The translations under genes and the position numbers were made by a program. Below the pieces are notes generated by a model. The model made no database searches and was not told the DNA's origin. It saw nothing but the letters and a program-made list of their open reading frames with translations. DNA of 64,000 bases from Marsupella aquatica (lineage: Eukaryota > Plantae > Marchantiophyta), in contig OZ316896.1 of NCBI GenBank assembly GCA_973895155.1, positions 22,649,722 to 22,713,721 on the forward strand, in the 5' to 3' direction. Below, piece after piece: positions 38,063 to 50,411 of this stretch (within the stretch, counting starts at the first letter, position 1; each line of letters starts with the position of its first letter).

Positions 38063-39041
38063 AAATCTACAATGCGTTAATGCCCCACCATTTTCTTGGG
38101 GTTCTGTACACTGCCGAGTACACTGCCATCCCAGTCCTAGATGTTGTTGTCCGCTCTCGTCCAAGTTTGCCAGAACATAAACCAAGACTCTTCTATTTTG
38201 TCACCCACTCTGACCCGATCAACTTTGGGTTTATGTTCTGACACCTTTCATTTGTTGTTGCCTGCTCCGGCCTGATTGACTTGTGTCATCAACTTCTGAC
38301 AACACTTCTTTCTATATAGCAAAGTCAAGTTTGCTTAGTACTAGAGTCTAAAGTGTTGCAAAGTCCAGTACTTTGGTTAAGAATCAAGATTGATAAAGTC
38401 TTGGTTAATGTTTTTCCAAACGCCCATAGAGGTATGACTTTGTGGTAGCTCACTTGAGTAGAGACTTTATTAATAGGTCTTGAATGGGTTCAACTGTTGT
38501 TGCACTCTTCCCTTTCCAACTGACTCTTTCCAACTATTGTGATTGACTCTTCCCTTTCTGTGGGGTTTTCACAGATTTCCCCTGCCATTAAATTAAATAA
38601 AGTGTTTTTCCAAATGCTTCTTCTCTATGGAGTCATGGTTTACATTTTGGCGACACTTCTTTCCAATGGATTCATGTCTGTTTAGTAATAGAGTCTAAGC
38701 ATTCAGACAAAGCCTAGAATTTTGGATAAGAGTCAATCATGATTAATGATAGAGTCTTAGTGGTTTATGTCTAGCAACTTGGGCCCGAGTGGACCAGGGG
38801 AGTGCGTGGGCAACAACATTGGGGACTTAGGCCGGAACGAGTGACAACAAGTGGCGGGTGCCTGAACATAAACCGGAAGTAGATGACACAAAGTTGATTG
38901 GGCCAGAGCGGATGACAAAATGGTAGTCTTGGTTTATGTTCTGGCAAAATCTGGCAGTAGCGGGTAGCAACATTGGGGACTGGGATGGGCAATGTCCAGG
39001 GCCCCGAGAAAAGTGTGGGAGCATTAATGCATTGTAGATTT
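38063..39041. mobile_element. Non-autonomous foldback/Mutator-like element with ~210-bp diverged terminal inverted repeats
   Basis: 38063-38273 is the reverse complement of 38829-39041 (aaatctacaatgc.ttaatgc, ttgccagaacataaaccaagact, tcaactttg, ccggcct). No TSD resolved. Confidence 0.65.
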
Positions 39042-40244
39042 AGGGTTTAGGGGCAGAAGGGGGGCAAAAAGACACAAATTGGACTAGCTCAAAAAGGAGA
39101 GAAAAAAAGACTCAAATATCATTATTTAAGATGTAGGTGCACTCCACTTACAAAAAGGTTGTGCACTTCCAAGAAGATTGGGACTTTCAAAAACCCACTT
39201 GAGTTCCCAAAATGTTGACATGTGTACATTTCGAAGAAGATTGTAACTTCCAAAAATCCTGGACACTTTCCATGGACTTGGCATGCAAGATCTAAGTAAG
39301 CTTTGAATCTCAAGAGTCAAACCCATCATAGTTTTCACCTTATCCACAGGCTTGCAATTTGGGAAGGACTGGAATTCTTTTGGGTGGATAATTGGACATT
39401 CATCCTTTTTCCCCCCTCAATCTTGAAATTGACCTCATGCGATTTCACATGTGTACTCCTTGATTTTTCTGCAAAAGCTAAAATGAATCAAATGAATCAA
39501 AAATGTAAAAGTAGTGGCATTTTTATTTTATTTTGGAAACAAATGTTGTTATTGTTGTAAAGCTATGTTGTTGGGGAGGGCAAGGATATATATATGTGGG
39601 AGGGTGAAAGGGAGTGCAAGAGGTGTGATGGCCCCTGGGGCTTTGCGCCGTCAAGGTGTGGTGCAGAATGCTATTGGGAGGGGAATATAAAAAATTTCTC
39701 TCGGTCCCCAGTTTTACTATTTCTTCACTCCCTTGCCAATATAGTCCTCCCCACTCTTCTTGCCTTTGGCAGCTTACATTATATAAACAAGAAAAAATGC
39801 ACGATCAAGGAGAAGAAAAAAGGAGAAGTGAAAAGCAAAATTGACCCATTTTGCTTCTTTCTAAAGTCTCACAATCATACTCTATGAAAAAACCTATAAA
39901 GTTTGTTATGCCCCAAAAAATTCTCCTTCCAATGTGTGTACCGTAATAATTGAAGGAAAGGAACAATTCTACTTTAATACTTGGAAAAAAAAAGACACAT
40001 TTTAGGTGATGTCACATAATGAACCTTCTTAGTCTATTGTGTATTCTACTATAAAAATAAGTATATCATTGACACATGGTCACTCAATCCAAGAGTACAC
40101 ACAAATCTTAAACAAAATCTGACCGCTCAGATTAGATCTCTCCATTTCCAATTTTGTAGGCAGAAGAAAGAACTTTCTGGCCGCATTGTATATTATAGAA
40201 GTAGATTTCGGTCTATGTATTTTAAGGTCTCCTCTTCTATAGTT

Positions 40245-40690
40245 TATATATCACAGTGCCCAAGGGCACAAAAAGCCGAACAGGAGACAAGATCCCAAAG
40301 GCAAAACAACCCAATGAAGGGGAGGAAAGAGGGGAATGGACCCCAAGAAAAACAAGCCAAAGGGTCCCCAACCAAAAGCCGACAAGGAACAAAGACAAAA
40401 AAGTAACCTACAAAGGATCGTGAAGGCTAACACCCTCCTAAGCGGAGAATTGAAAAGACTGGTAGAGCTGCTCCAAAGTAAACTGCAAAGGAGGATCCTG
40501 AAACAGAACCTCTTGTTGGGAGGCCCTAAAACCAACTGCCTCGGCCCTAGCCCTAAAACCAACTGCCTCGGCCCTAGCCCTAAAACCAACGGCCTCGGCC
40601 CTACAAAGCAAGGTGGCCTCGGCCCTACAAAGCAAGGTGAAACCCTGGGCCTGCTGAAAAGCCTAGGCCCGCTGAAAAGCCCCTCTCACC
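40245..40690 (-). mobile_element. Probable non-LTR 3' fragment with internal minisatellite (27-bp x3, 24-bp x2 at ~40523-40640)
   Basis: Minus-strand DPPLQFTLEQLYQSFQFS resembles 27620-27700. Repeats gccctaaaaccaactgcctcggcccta and ggcctcggccctacaaagcaaggt. Confidence 0.4.
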
Positions 40691-40949
40691 CACTAAAGTT
40701 TCCTTGCATGTGCAAAACTGAAAGGCTTTACCCAAAAGGTGTTTTCCTGCTGTTATTGAGTCATTCTGTGCATTCAAATATGAACATGCTGATTTATGAC
40801 TTCGGTATCCAGTTGATTCGATGAAGCTGTGAAGTGTTCGCTGGAACTCAAGAAATTAAGCACAGAAGCTACATACATACAGACCTGAGGGTTCCCCAAG
40901 TTGGCAGCAAGGCTTCCAGACAGACTCACTCTCCTGGACATCCTTCAAG

Positions 40950-42473
40950 ATGGCAATGACGATGGCAACTGCCGTCCTCGTGGGCTTCATATCTTTGTTG
41001 TTGTTGCTGTTCTGGAGGAGCATCTTGCTGCGACCATCACTGAGACTGCCTCCTGGGCCACGACCACTGCCCATCTTGGGTAATTTGCTGATGATGAGGA
41101 AGTATCGATCACCCGCAGACTTCGCCAACGAGCTGAGACGCAAGTACGGTCCGATAGTAACTCTATGGATCTTCTCCACACCAATAGTTATCATCTCCGA
41201 GCCCAAGATCATTCAGGAAGCGATGATCACGCAGGGCAGCGTCTTCATGGGAAGAGCCTTGCGCAAGTCAAGGAAACACATTCTGCGTGAATACAGAGGC
41301 GTCGCTTTTTCTCACGGTGAGCGACATAGATTCCTCCGCAAGATTTTGGTCACCGAGGTGTTGAGCAACAAGAGAGTGGCGGGATTTAGACCCATCCGCG
41401 AGCAAGAGATAGACATCCTGGTCGAGAATTTGAAGAAGCAGGCTCTCGGTAAGGATGATAACAAGGGGCCGGGACCTGTCACTAACTTACGTTCATTGAT
41501 CCGTTTGACCGTCTGCAACTTCTTAGTGGGAATTTTCTTCGGGAGGAGATTGACTTCAGAGGAGTACGTCGACCTGGATGAGGAAATGACCCTGCGCTTC
41601 CAACTAGCGACTGGGAAGCCTCGGGACTTCATTCCCTGGCTGGCCTGGCTGCCGGACAGGAAAGGCATCGAGGCCCAGCGGAAATCGCTGAGGACAATTT
41701 CTCGGATCTTAGACCCGCTCATCGAGGAGAGGAGGCAACTCCTAAAGTTAGGGAAGACAGATCATCAAGCCACATATGTAGACACTCTATTGGAGCTGCA
41801 AAATGGGAAAATCAAGAGCCCAGTCGAGATCACTGATGCAGATATTGAGTTGTTATCAATCGAACTTCTCACTGCAGGAACCGATACCACTGCACTGAAC
41901 TTGGAATATAGCATTGCAAATCTCATCAACAATCCGGAGATGCAAGAGAAGTTGGCCCGGGAGATTTCTGCTGTTGTAGGTGAGAGAGTGGTGAACGAGG
42001 GCGACATACCTCACCTGCCCTTCTTGCAAGCTGTGGTCAAAGAGGCTTTGAGGAGGCATAGCCCGGCAAGATTGGCACCACCCCGACGAACTTTGTCAGC
42101 TACCAAAGTTGCCGGCTATGACATACAAGTGAACACACTCGTTCAGGCGCATCTGGAAGCTGCGTCCCTGAACCCTGAAATCTGGGAAAACCCTCTCGAG
42201 TTCAGGCCCGAGCGCCATCTCAACAGGCCTCTCGACCTCACTGGCTCTACCGAAATCACCATGATCCCATTCGGAGTGGGTCGTCGAATATGCCCAGCCA
42301 TAAATATCGGACTTTTGCATGCAGAATTGATTTTAGCTCGGCTGATTCAAGCATTCGAGTGGAAACCTGCCTCCCCAGGCCAGCTTCTGGATGTCACCCC
42401 TGGTGGTGGGTTCACGAGTCCCATGAAGTACCCGGTTGTGGCGTCCATACAGGAGCGTTTGAAGGTGTCTTGA
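40950..42473 (+). CDS. Cytochrome P450, CYP71 clan, CYP77/CYP89-like (copy 1, intact, intronless)
   Basis: 507 aa. N-terminal membrane anchor, PPGP hinge, I-helix AGTDT, EALR, PERH and heme motif PFGVGRRICP. YVDTLLEL and DLTGS..ITMIPFG resemble CYP77/CYP89. Confidence 0.93.
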   Translation: MAMTMATAVLVGFISLLLLLFWRSILLRPSLRLPPGPRPLPILGNLLMMRKYRSPADFANELRRKYGPIVTLWIFSTPIVIISEPKIIQEAMITQGSVFMGRALRKSRKHILREYRGVAFSHGERHRFLRKILVTEVLSNKRVAGFRPIREQEIDILVENLKKQALGKDDNKGPGPVTNLRSLIRLTVCNFLVGIFFGRRLTSEEYVDLDEEMTLRFQLATGKPRDFIPWLAWLPDRKGIEAQRKSLRTISRILDPLIEERRQLLKLGKTDHQATYVDTLLELQNGKIKSPVEITDADIELLSIELLTAGTDTTALNLEYSIANLINNPEMQEKLAREISAVVGERVVNEGDIPHLPFLQAVVKEALRRHSPARLAPPRRTLSATKVAGYDIQVNTLVQAHLEAASLNPEIWENPLEFRPERHLNRPLDLTGSTEITMIPFGVGRRICPAINIGLLHAELILARLIQAFEWKPASPGQLLDVTPGGGFTSPMKYPVVASIQERLKVS

Positions 42474-43377
42474 GTTTCCACAAGACTTGCACTGCACATT
42501 AGGAATTCTGTAGAGGGAATGCGACCTTTTCATAGGTTCTTTCAGTAAAAGCACGGGTTGAGGGTCTCCTGAGTTTCCATAAACCGTCCACTGCACATTT
42601 GGACTACTATAGTGTATTGCCCACCTTTGATAGGTTTTTCGAGTACAACGACCATTGTGCACATTAATTGCGTTAGGAAACTTATGTTGAAGGCTGCTGT
42701 CGAGACTTAAGCCTCTAGACGGGGACTGGGGGTAGAGGGTTCTCCGAGCTTAGGACTTTCAAGGAGAAGAGTCGAAACAATTCAGAACCCGGTAATAAGA
42801 CATGTACAAAAGGGAAACGAGATTGAAGGGCCCAACGTTATCCCAAGGTGGAATTCAACTTCCCCTCCCTTACAACTTTATTAGTATGGGGGCTTTATAT
42901 ATGACTTCATTGTTGCACTTGAAGGTCAGTAAAAGTATCTTGGACAGGACTCAATTTTCCTCAACTTGCAAGGTCCACGAGTACTGAGACTGTAGGAGTG
43001 AGGGCAGGATATAGGTGCTGGTAACTATTCTTTCTTCTAGCTATGCTGACAAGTTGTGAGCTGCATTGGGAAGAATTTCCCAACGCTGCGATTGACGGAG
43101 AAAGATAACTAAGGTGGAGTGGTAATGCTGGTGGGAGAATATATATCACACTGCCAGACCAAAATGCTCCAAAACTCTTAGATATGATCCAACTTGGACA
43201 ACATATATAATTATACCAGACTGGCAAAGAACAATGAAAATGCTTCAAACTTGTCCATAGAATGCAACTAGTCCATAGAAACCCTGGAAACATATATGAG
43301 CCAAGGAATATGCTCCAAACGGGGAGATCCAATAAAAAGGTACCCAATAAAGGTGACAGATCCCATGTCCCACACGT

Positions 43378-43520
43378 GTGTATATATATATATTCATTTG
43401 CCAAAGATAACAGTATATATCACGTTCAACATAGTATATAATTATATATATATATATTCATTTGCCAAAGATAACAGTATATATCATGTTCAATATAGTA
43501 TATAATTATATATATATCAT
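43378..43520. repeat. TA-rich ~66-bp tandem duplication
   Basis: tatatattcatttgccaaagataacagtatatatca.gttcaa.atagtatataattatatata x2. Confidence 0.8.
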
Positions 43521-45967
43521 GAAAAAATATATATCACACTGCTACGTACGGAACAAAATGATACAAAAAGGTGACCAGCTAATCTACCCAAAAGCAAATT
43601 AAAGTCTCCTAGTAAAAAGTACCCAATAAAGGTCCAATAGAGGGGATGCAGACTATCACATTGTAAAAGAACAAAATGCCCCAAACAAGTAATTAGTTAG
43701 AGGACCCCTTGGTTATGTAAGCTTGTTTTATTGAACTATTTGGAATTATGAAGAGTTGCACATTAAAATATATAGATAAGAAGACAAAGTTTTATTGAAT
43801 TGTTTGGAGTTATGAAGAGTTGCACATACAGAGGAGAGGGCAAAATTTGAAGGGAGTATTCTAAATGAAGTGAACTTTAAAGGTAGTTAGGACAATCATT
43901 CAATTTCATTGAAGGCGAATAGGAGTACATTCATGGTGATGCCGACGGAACTCTCCATGCAATTTTTTTCCCTAAGTAATCACTAAGTTTGGTCAGTGAC
44001 GGAATGATCACAATAATTTACTTTGAGCACTTTTTGGAGGTATTTGCTGGATGGACTTCCACAATGAAAAGTGTTCCTGGATGGGATTCTTGAGTGATCT
44101 GGACCATGATCAACCTCAATAGACCTTAAATCACGGTACTTAAACCCTCATGGGTTGGCTGAGGAGAATACTTTGGTTAGGGGGTCTATCAAACAAATAT
44201 TTTGCACTTTTTCAGGAGTCAAATCTGTTCTTTTTTGCATACCTGGCAGACATAGTTGACATAATGCTATCTTAGTCCCCTCTCACTTATGTGTACCCAC
44301 CCTCCATGAGCATGAAGACGTTTTTTAATTGAAAAATTCATAATAAACTCCAAATGTACAACCAATCTTAGGTACCCATTTCACTAAATCCAAGAGTATT
44401 AAATAATTTTAGAAAATATTTGACGGCTTAGAATTGTTCCCTCTTTTTCCACTTTTGTAACAGGACCATGGACTAAAACTGGCCGGATTCTTTATTATAA
44501 TCGTAGATAAGAACAATGAATCTGAAGGACTCATAAGTCCTTCGATCAGCATGTTCAAGCTTGGGCCATCTATTATCGATCTCTTACAGTGAGTGCTAGT
44601 GCCCCCGCAGCGGCTAGTTCCCCTAGAGGATGTTCCAATCCCACTTGCCGATCTAGTTTCGACACTTGATTTCAACCATTAGGTAGGAATGATGAGTACC
44701 TCAGTCCGTTTGGGTTAGTTTTAGTTCCTCTTTCTTGGTTTTTAGAGGTTCCCCATTGCTCATTTCTTACTTTTAGTTCCTCTTTATTGGTCTTTAGTGG
44801 TTCACTTTTGTTCACTGCTTTTACATTTGGTTTTGTTCACTTGGACCCTCTTTTGTTTGTTCTTTTGTACTCTATTTGGTTCCTTTCTATAAAAAGTGTA
44901 TATATATTCTTTACTCATAAGTACAAATAATATATATACTCGTGAATGCGCTTTAAGACACATCACCCTTAAAAAGCTAATGGTTAGCTTTGCTACCATT
45001 AAAAGTAGTTTTCCCCTAAATTTAGTTTCCATTTGAAGTACTTTTTTCATGAAACTGGTCACGAAAGTGGCAAAGTCGGTGAGAAATGTGAGTGGAATGC
45101 TGAAAAGAAATGGCCAGTGGTGATTTAAGTAATCAGGGTAGCGGGTAGGCCCATTTCCTGGATTGGGTCGGATGATGGGCTGTAAACCACTTGATAGCTT
45201 GTGCTGGAGAAACACTTCTAGGCATCAAATCACCAGAATTATAAATTAAAAAAATCAATTCACCAGAATGCTTCCTGACATGGTTACTGAATTAAATTAT
45301 TCATTTCCAGGTTGGACGTGCACGCGAAGAGAGCATCCCCAACAACTCGTCACAGAGATGGATTTCTCGAATTGGGAACATCGCAAGCTCAAGGTGGAGC
45401 TCCAAGAGCCGGCTCTGCGCATCGCAACCATTCGAGTTAAAAAGGTATCTCCAAAACTTCGCGTTAGTGCATGGAAGAAGAACCGAATTGTTGTTGTGTA
45501 TCTCGTAAGAACACTACAGAACAGCTTAGGAAGATCCTTAATTTAATTGATGCCTGTGATTCCGGACAAGTGCTCCGATCCCTCAATTCACACTAAAAGC
45601 ACAACAAACAGGTTCGTGAGTCCCATCTGTTAAGTTTACGACGTTCATCCGGTATACATACGCCACTTGCTGTTCCTTTGTCTGTTCCCCCTTCGCTTAG
45701 GTGTTATCTGGGGGGGCCTGTATATGTGTGATTACCGTTAGATTTAGGGTTAATCTTACTTACGGTCCGATTAGTATTCACTGATCTGGTGCGGTGCATT
45801 CTCTCGCCGACCACTCTCTTAAGGACCAATTCACTGTTCATTCTGCATTCTTGCTGTGTAAATTATGGGAAGCTGCGCTCGTCAGTTTCTTCATGGTATC
45901 AGAGCAACAGACTGCCAGAGCACGATCGTGGTGAGAATCTCCCAGCGTTACTCGCGTGCTGAGCAGA

Positions 45968-48900
45968 ATGGCTGGTGGCCCACAGCGATCATCACAGAGC
46001 AGCGGCTCCCAAGCTGCCTCACCAGGCAGCAGCACACAGCAAGCATCGCCAAGCACTGGACCTCCTGCAGCTCAGAATGTCCACTACGAGTTTGACAAAG
46101 GCCTCGTCTATGCAGACAAGGACAAGCTCGATGGTAGTAAGAATTTCATCAGGTGGTCCTTCAAGGTGGAGCGACAGTTCCGCAAGGATAAAGTGTGGTT
46201 TGAGCTGGTCAGTCCAGACCCCACGAAGCCAATGCAACTCACGCCAGAGCAAATCGAAGAAAAGAAGGAAAGAGCAATCTACATCTTCTCTCAGACAGTC
46301 AAGGATCACATCTTCCCTATCGTGAAGAAGTACATTGACGATCCTGCCAAGATATGGCTGCAGCTGAAATCGCGTTTTGAATCCGCGGCCATGGGTAAGC
46401 AGCTCATCCTCAGGGATAAACTGTCTAAGATGCACATGTCCGAAGGGAGTAGTGTTGAGGAATACATTCGTGAGATTGACAACTTGGTGATGCAGCTAGG
46501 TGACATCAATTTTGTTATAGAAGATAAGGAACTAATCCGCACCACTCTCAAAGGATTACCTGCGAGCTGGAAGCCATTTATCATGTCGTTTGGTACCTTG
46601 CTGCATCAGTTCCCGACACTGTCATTCTCAGACCTTATTGGTCACCTTGAGGCCGAAGAAATGCAACGGGCTTTACAGAGCAACGACACCGAAGAAGCAC
46701 TGATGACTAGCTACAACACCCAGCGTGGTGGCCCTTTTCGTGGACGTGGCAGAGGCAGAAACAACTATCGTGGACGGGGACGAAGCGCACCTTCTTCAGC
46801 CAGGAAGACCGAAGCCTGCAATTTCTGTGGGCATATTGGTCACTGGGAAGGGGAATGCCTCAAGAAGATTGAGAGCCAAATCAAGGGCCTACAAATCAAG
46901 CATGCGGACATTAAGAAGGGCATGCACCATGCAAACATGGCTAAGACGGTGAAACCTGAAGAATGTGAGTCCGACAGCAATCCTGACAGAAGCATCTTAG
47001 AAGTTAATTTCACAGAATTCAAAGCTAGTCAAGATTGGCTAGTTGATTCAGGTGCTAGTACTCATGTAACTGGGAACAAGAGTACTCTTAGTCACGTTGT
47101 TCCATACGCATCCACCTCCAATGTAACTACTGCCTCTGGTGCACGCATTCCAGTTGCTGGAAGAGGCAGCACTAAGTTCAATGGAAATAAAGTGGTCAAA
47201 AAGGTTTTGTACGTGCCTGGTATGACTCGCAATCTCTTGTCAGTTGGTCAGTTGGCTGATGAAGGCCACAATGTATTATTTAATTCCCGTCATTGCTACG
47301 TGTTGGATAAAGAAGATCCTAATAAGATCTTTCTGAGGGCAACAAGGGATAGACACAATAGTCTATACCGACTAGACTCGTCTATTCAGGGCAATGCCAA
47401 GCTGTGCTCTGAAATACACATTTCATTAGTAGACAGCACGGACGAGCATGCCAGCAGTCCTCCATCCAACACACCTACGAGCAATGCTGACAGTGAGACA
47501 CAAAGCGATGTGTCACCTCTTGAGCTATGGCACCGAAGGCTCAGTCACGTGAACTTCCGCAGAGTTTACAACATGTCTTCAAACGAGTTGGTTGAAGGTC
47601 TGCCCAAGCTGCCATTGGAGGATCATGTCTGTGATACATGCATCATGGGGAAACAACATCGAGAGCGCATACCCAAGAAATCTGCCAACAGGTCAACCAA
47701 ACCACTGCAATTGGTTCATACGGATCTCTGTGGCCCCTTCATTGTTTCATCTCTTTCTAAAGCAAAATATTTGCTTACATTCACGGATGACTTCTCTCGC
47801 TACACATGGGTGTATTTCCTGAAAGCCAAAAGTGAAGCCTTCTTAAAGTTCAAAGACTTTAAAGCTATGGTCGAAAATGAATTCGACAGCAAAATTCAAT
47901 GTGTTCGATCAGATCGAGGAGGTGAATACTTGTCCAACGAATTCTGCCAATTTTGCGACAGACAAGGGATCAAGAGGCAACTCACAGTAGCAAAATGGAG
48001 TAGCAGAAAGGAAAAACCGAACACTGCTCGAAGCAGCACGCAGCGCCCACATTGCGAGTGGAGCTCCCACGTTCCTATGGGATGAGCTCATTCAATCAGC
48101 CACGTATGTGCTCAACAGGTGTGACACTTCCTCTTTGACCTCCTCCACACCTTTCCAGCAATTATACAATGCCAAGCCTGACCTGTCTAGTCTAAGAATT
48201 ATTGGATGCCTGGCGTACGTTCATGTTCCTAGTGAACTGAGACATAAGCTGTCAGCAAAGTCCATTCGGACTGCATTGGTGGGATATGACGAGAAATCGA
48301 AAGCATACAGGTGCTATGATCCTATCAAAAGAAAAATCTACATCAGTCGTGATGTTGTGTTCAATGAGTTAAAGATGTTTGACTTCAACATCAAACCATC
48401 TCAAGCCACTGCAGAATTACCATTGATTTCACCGGTTCAGTCCATTTATATCTCTCCTGCAACACAGGAACAAAATTCCTACTCTGCATCCGAACCTGCA
48501 TCTCCCGACTCTGTGCCTGTAGATCCTAGTAATAGTACTGACTCCAACTTAGAGCCACTTGAGCCAGTCGATTCTTCTCTTGAAGTTGAGCCCGCACCAG
48601 CTGACTCTACCCCTACGAGCACATTACCATTGCCATCCCCAATTCGCAGGCAGTCATCTCGTGCAAGGGAACTCCCAGTTCATCTACGCCAAGATTACGT
48701 GTTGGATTTTCGACCCAGCAACCCTGATGTCTGCCTAGTCGAGACTACCGACCCTGTGAATGAAAACATCTCATTCCAGCAAGCCCGTTTGGACCCTCAG
48801 TGGAATGCAGCTATGAAAGAAGAATTTGATTCTCTGATCGAAAATGAGACATGGGTCCTCACTGCACTCCCACCAGGAAAGAGGGCCATCTCTGCTAGGT

Positions 48901-50411
48901 GGCTGTACAGGGCGAAGCCAGAAGTAAACCCCACTCGCACTCGACTGAAAGCTCGCCTGGTGGCTCGTGGTATTGAACAGCGCTTTGGAGTTGATTTTGA
49001 GGACACTTTCGCACCGGTTGTCAAGTGGTCAACCATTAGACTGGTTATTGCACTCGCTGCAGCTCTTGGCTGGTCCATCAGCCAAATGGATGTCATCACA
49101 GCTTTCTTGAACGGCAAGCTCAAGGAACTAATCTACATGGTGCAACCACCAGGATTTGAGGTCCCAGGATCCGAACACCTTGTGTGCCAGCTAAATCGAT
49201 CCATCTATGGCTTAAAGCAGTCCCCGCGTGCATGGTATGAGGAAGTTGATCGGTTCCTTCGCTCAAAAGGGTGGACCCGGAGCACTGCTGATCATAATTT
49301 GTACTTCATCAACGAAGGAGGGAAAATTGTTCTTCTGCTTCTTTTCGTTGATGACTAACTCATCACTGGCAATGACGATGCCAAAATTGATGAGGTCAAA
49401 GCACAACTCAGCCAACAGTACAAAATGAAGGATCTGGGCAAAGTCACCAGGTATTTGGGAATAGATTTTGTAGATGTGGCCGATGGAATGTTCATCCATC
49501 AACGTGACTACTGCCAAAGCTTCCTGGAGGAATTTGAAATGCAAGACTGCAAAGGAGCAGCGACTCCTCTACCCGAAGGATTTGATGTATCGGCTGATAC
49601 GCTATCACGTGACGTGGATGCCACTCACTACTCCAAGTTAGTTGGCAAGTTGATCTACTTAACTAACACCAGACCGGATTTGGCGTATGCGGTGGGGATT
49701 CTCAGCAGATTTATGTCATCTCCACAACAAAAACACATGGATGCTGCAAGGCACGTTCTCAGATACATCAAATCCACCATTGATTTCGGCTTACTCTTCC
49801 AGAGAACTGGAACTTTGTCTCTCTCAGGCTACACTGACTCAGACCATGCTGCTTGCAAAGACACTCGAAGATCCATTGGGGCCTATGTGTTCCAATTTGC
49901 TGGGGGCACTGTTACTTGGGCGAGCAAACGACAAGCAACGGTCTCACAGAGTACAACTGAAGCTGAGTACAGAGCCCTATCGGAAGGAGCTCGAGAAGCT
50001 GTCTTCCTTAGGCGTCTGCTCTCAGAGTTGAGCTTCATCCCAGAAATTCGGGTGGCATTGAATTGCCAAAATCAGGAGGTGATTTCAGATCTGTCGGTGG
50101 CCAGTCAACCCACCTTGCAAGATGCTCATCTAAACCTACATTGCGACAACCAAGGCTCAATTAATTTGGCGAAGAACCCCATCTTCCATGCTCGGACCAA
50201 GCACATCGAACTCCAGCACCATTACATCAGGGAAAGAGTCTTGGAAGGAGAAGTGACGCTTAAGTACATTCCCACTGCAGAGCAACTTGCAGATATCCTT
50301 ACAAAATCCCTTCCAAGATGGAAGTTTGAGAAACATCGTGAATTCCTTGGCATGAAGTCCCTGCGCGACATTCTACCTACCCTGGGTAACGCAGCTACTC
50401 GGGATGCGTAG
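45968..50411 (+). pseudogene. Copia gag-pol with one frameshifting deletion (~47990) and one in-frame stop (49356-49358)
   Basis: CNFCGHIGHWEGEC knuckle, WLVDSGAS protease, WHRRLSH..CDTC, VHTDLCGP, RSDRGGEY, YGLKQSPRAW, LFVDD, CDNQ..KHIE..ADILTK. The integrase TPQ segment before NGVAERKNRTL is missing. Confidence 0.92.

Noticed and set aside
40336-40824. 162-aa ORF upstream of P450 copy 1
   Set aside because: The open frame is produced by minisatellite and low-complexity repeat-derived sequence.
41312-42320. Antisense ORFs repeated in all three P450 copies
   Set aside because: These are shadow frames of the conserved P450 coding strand.
45268-45546. Short ORF conserved with 59181-59447
   Set aside because: The similarity is explained by the recent segmental duplication. 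The N-termini differ and there is no domain.
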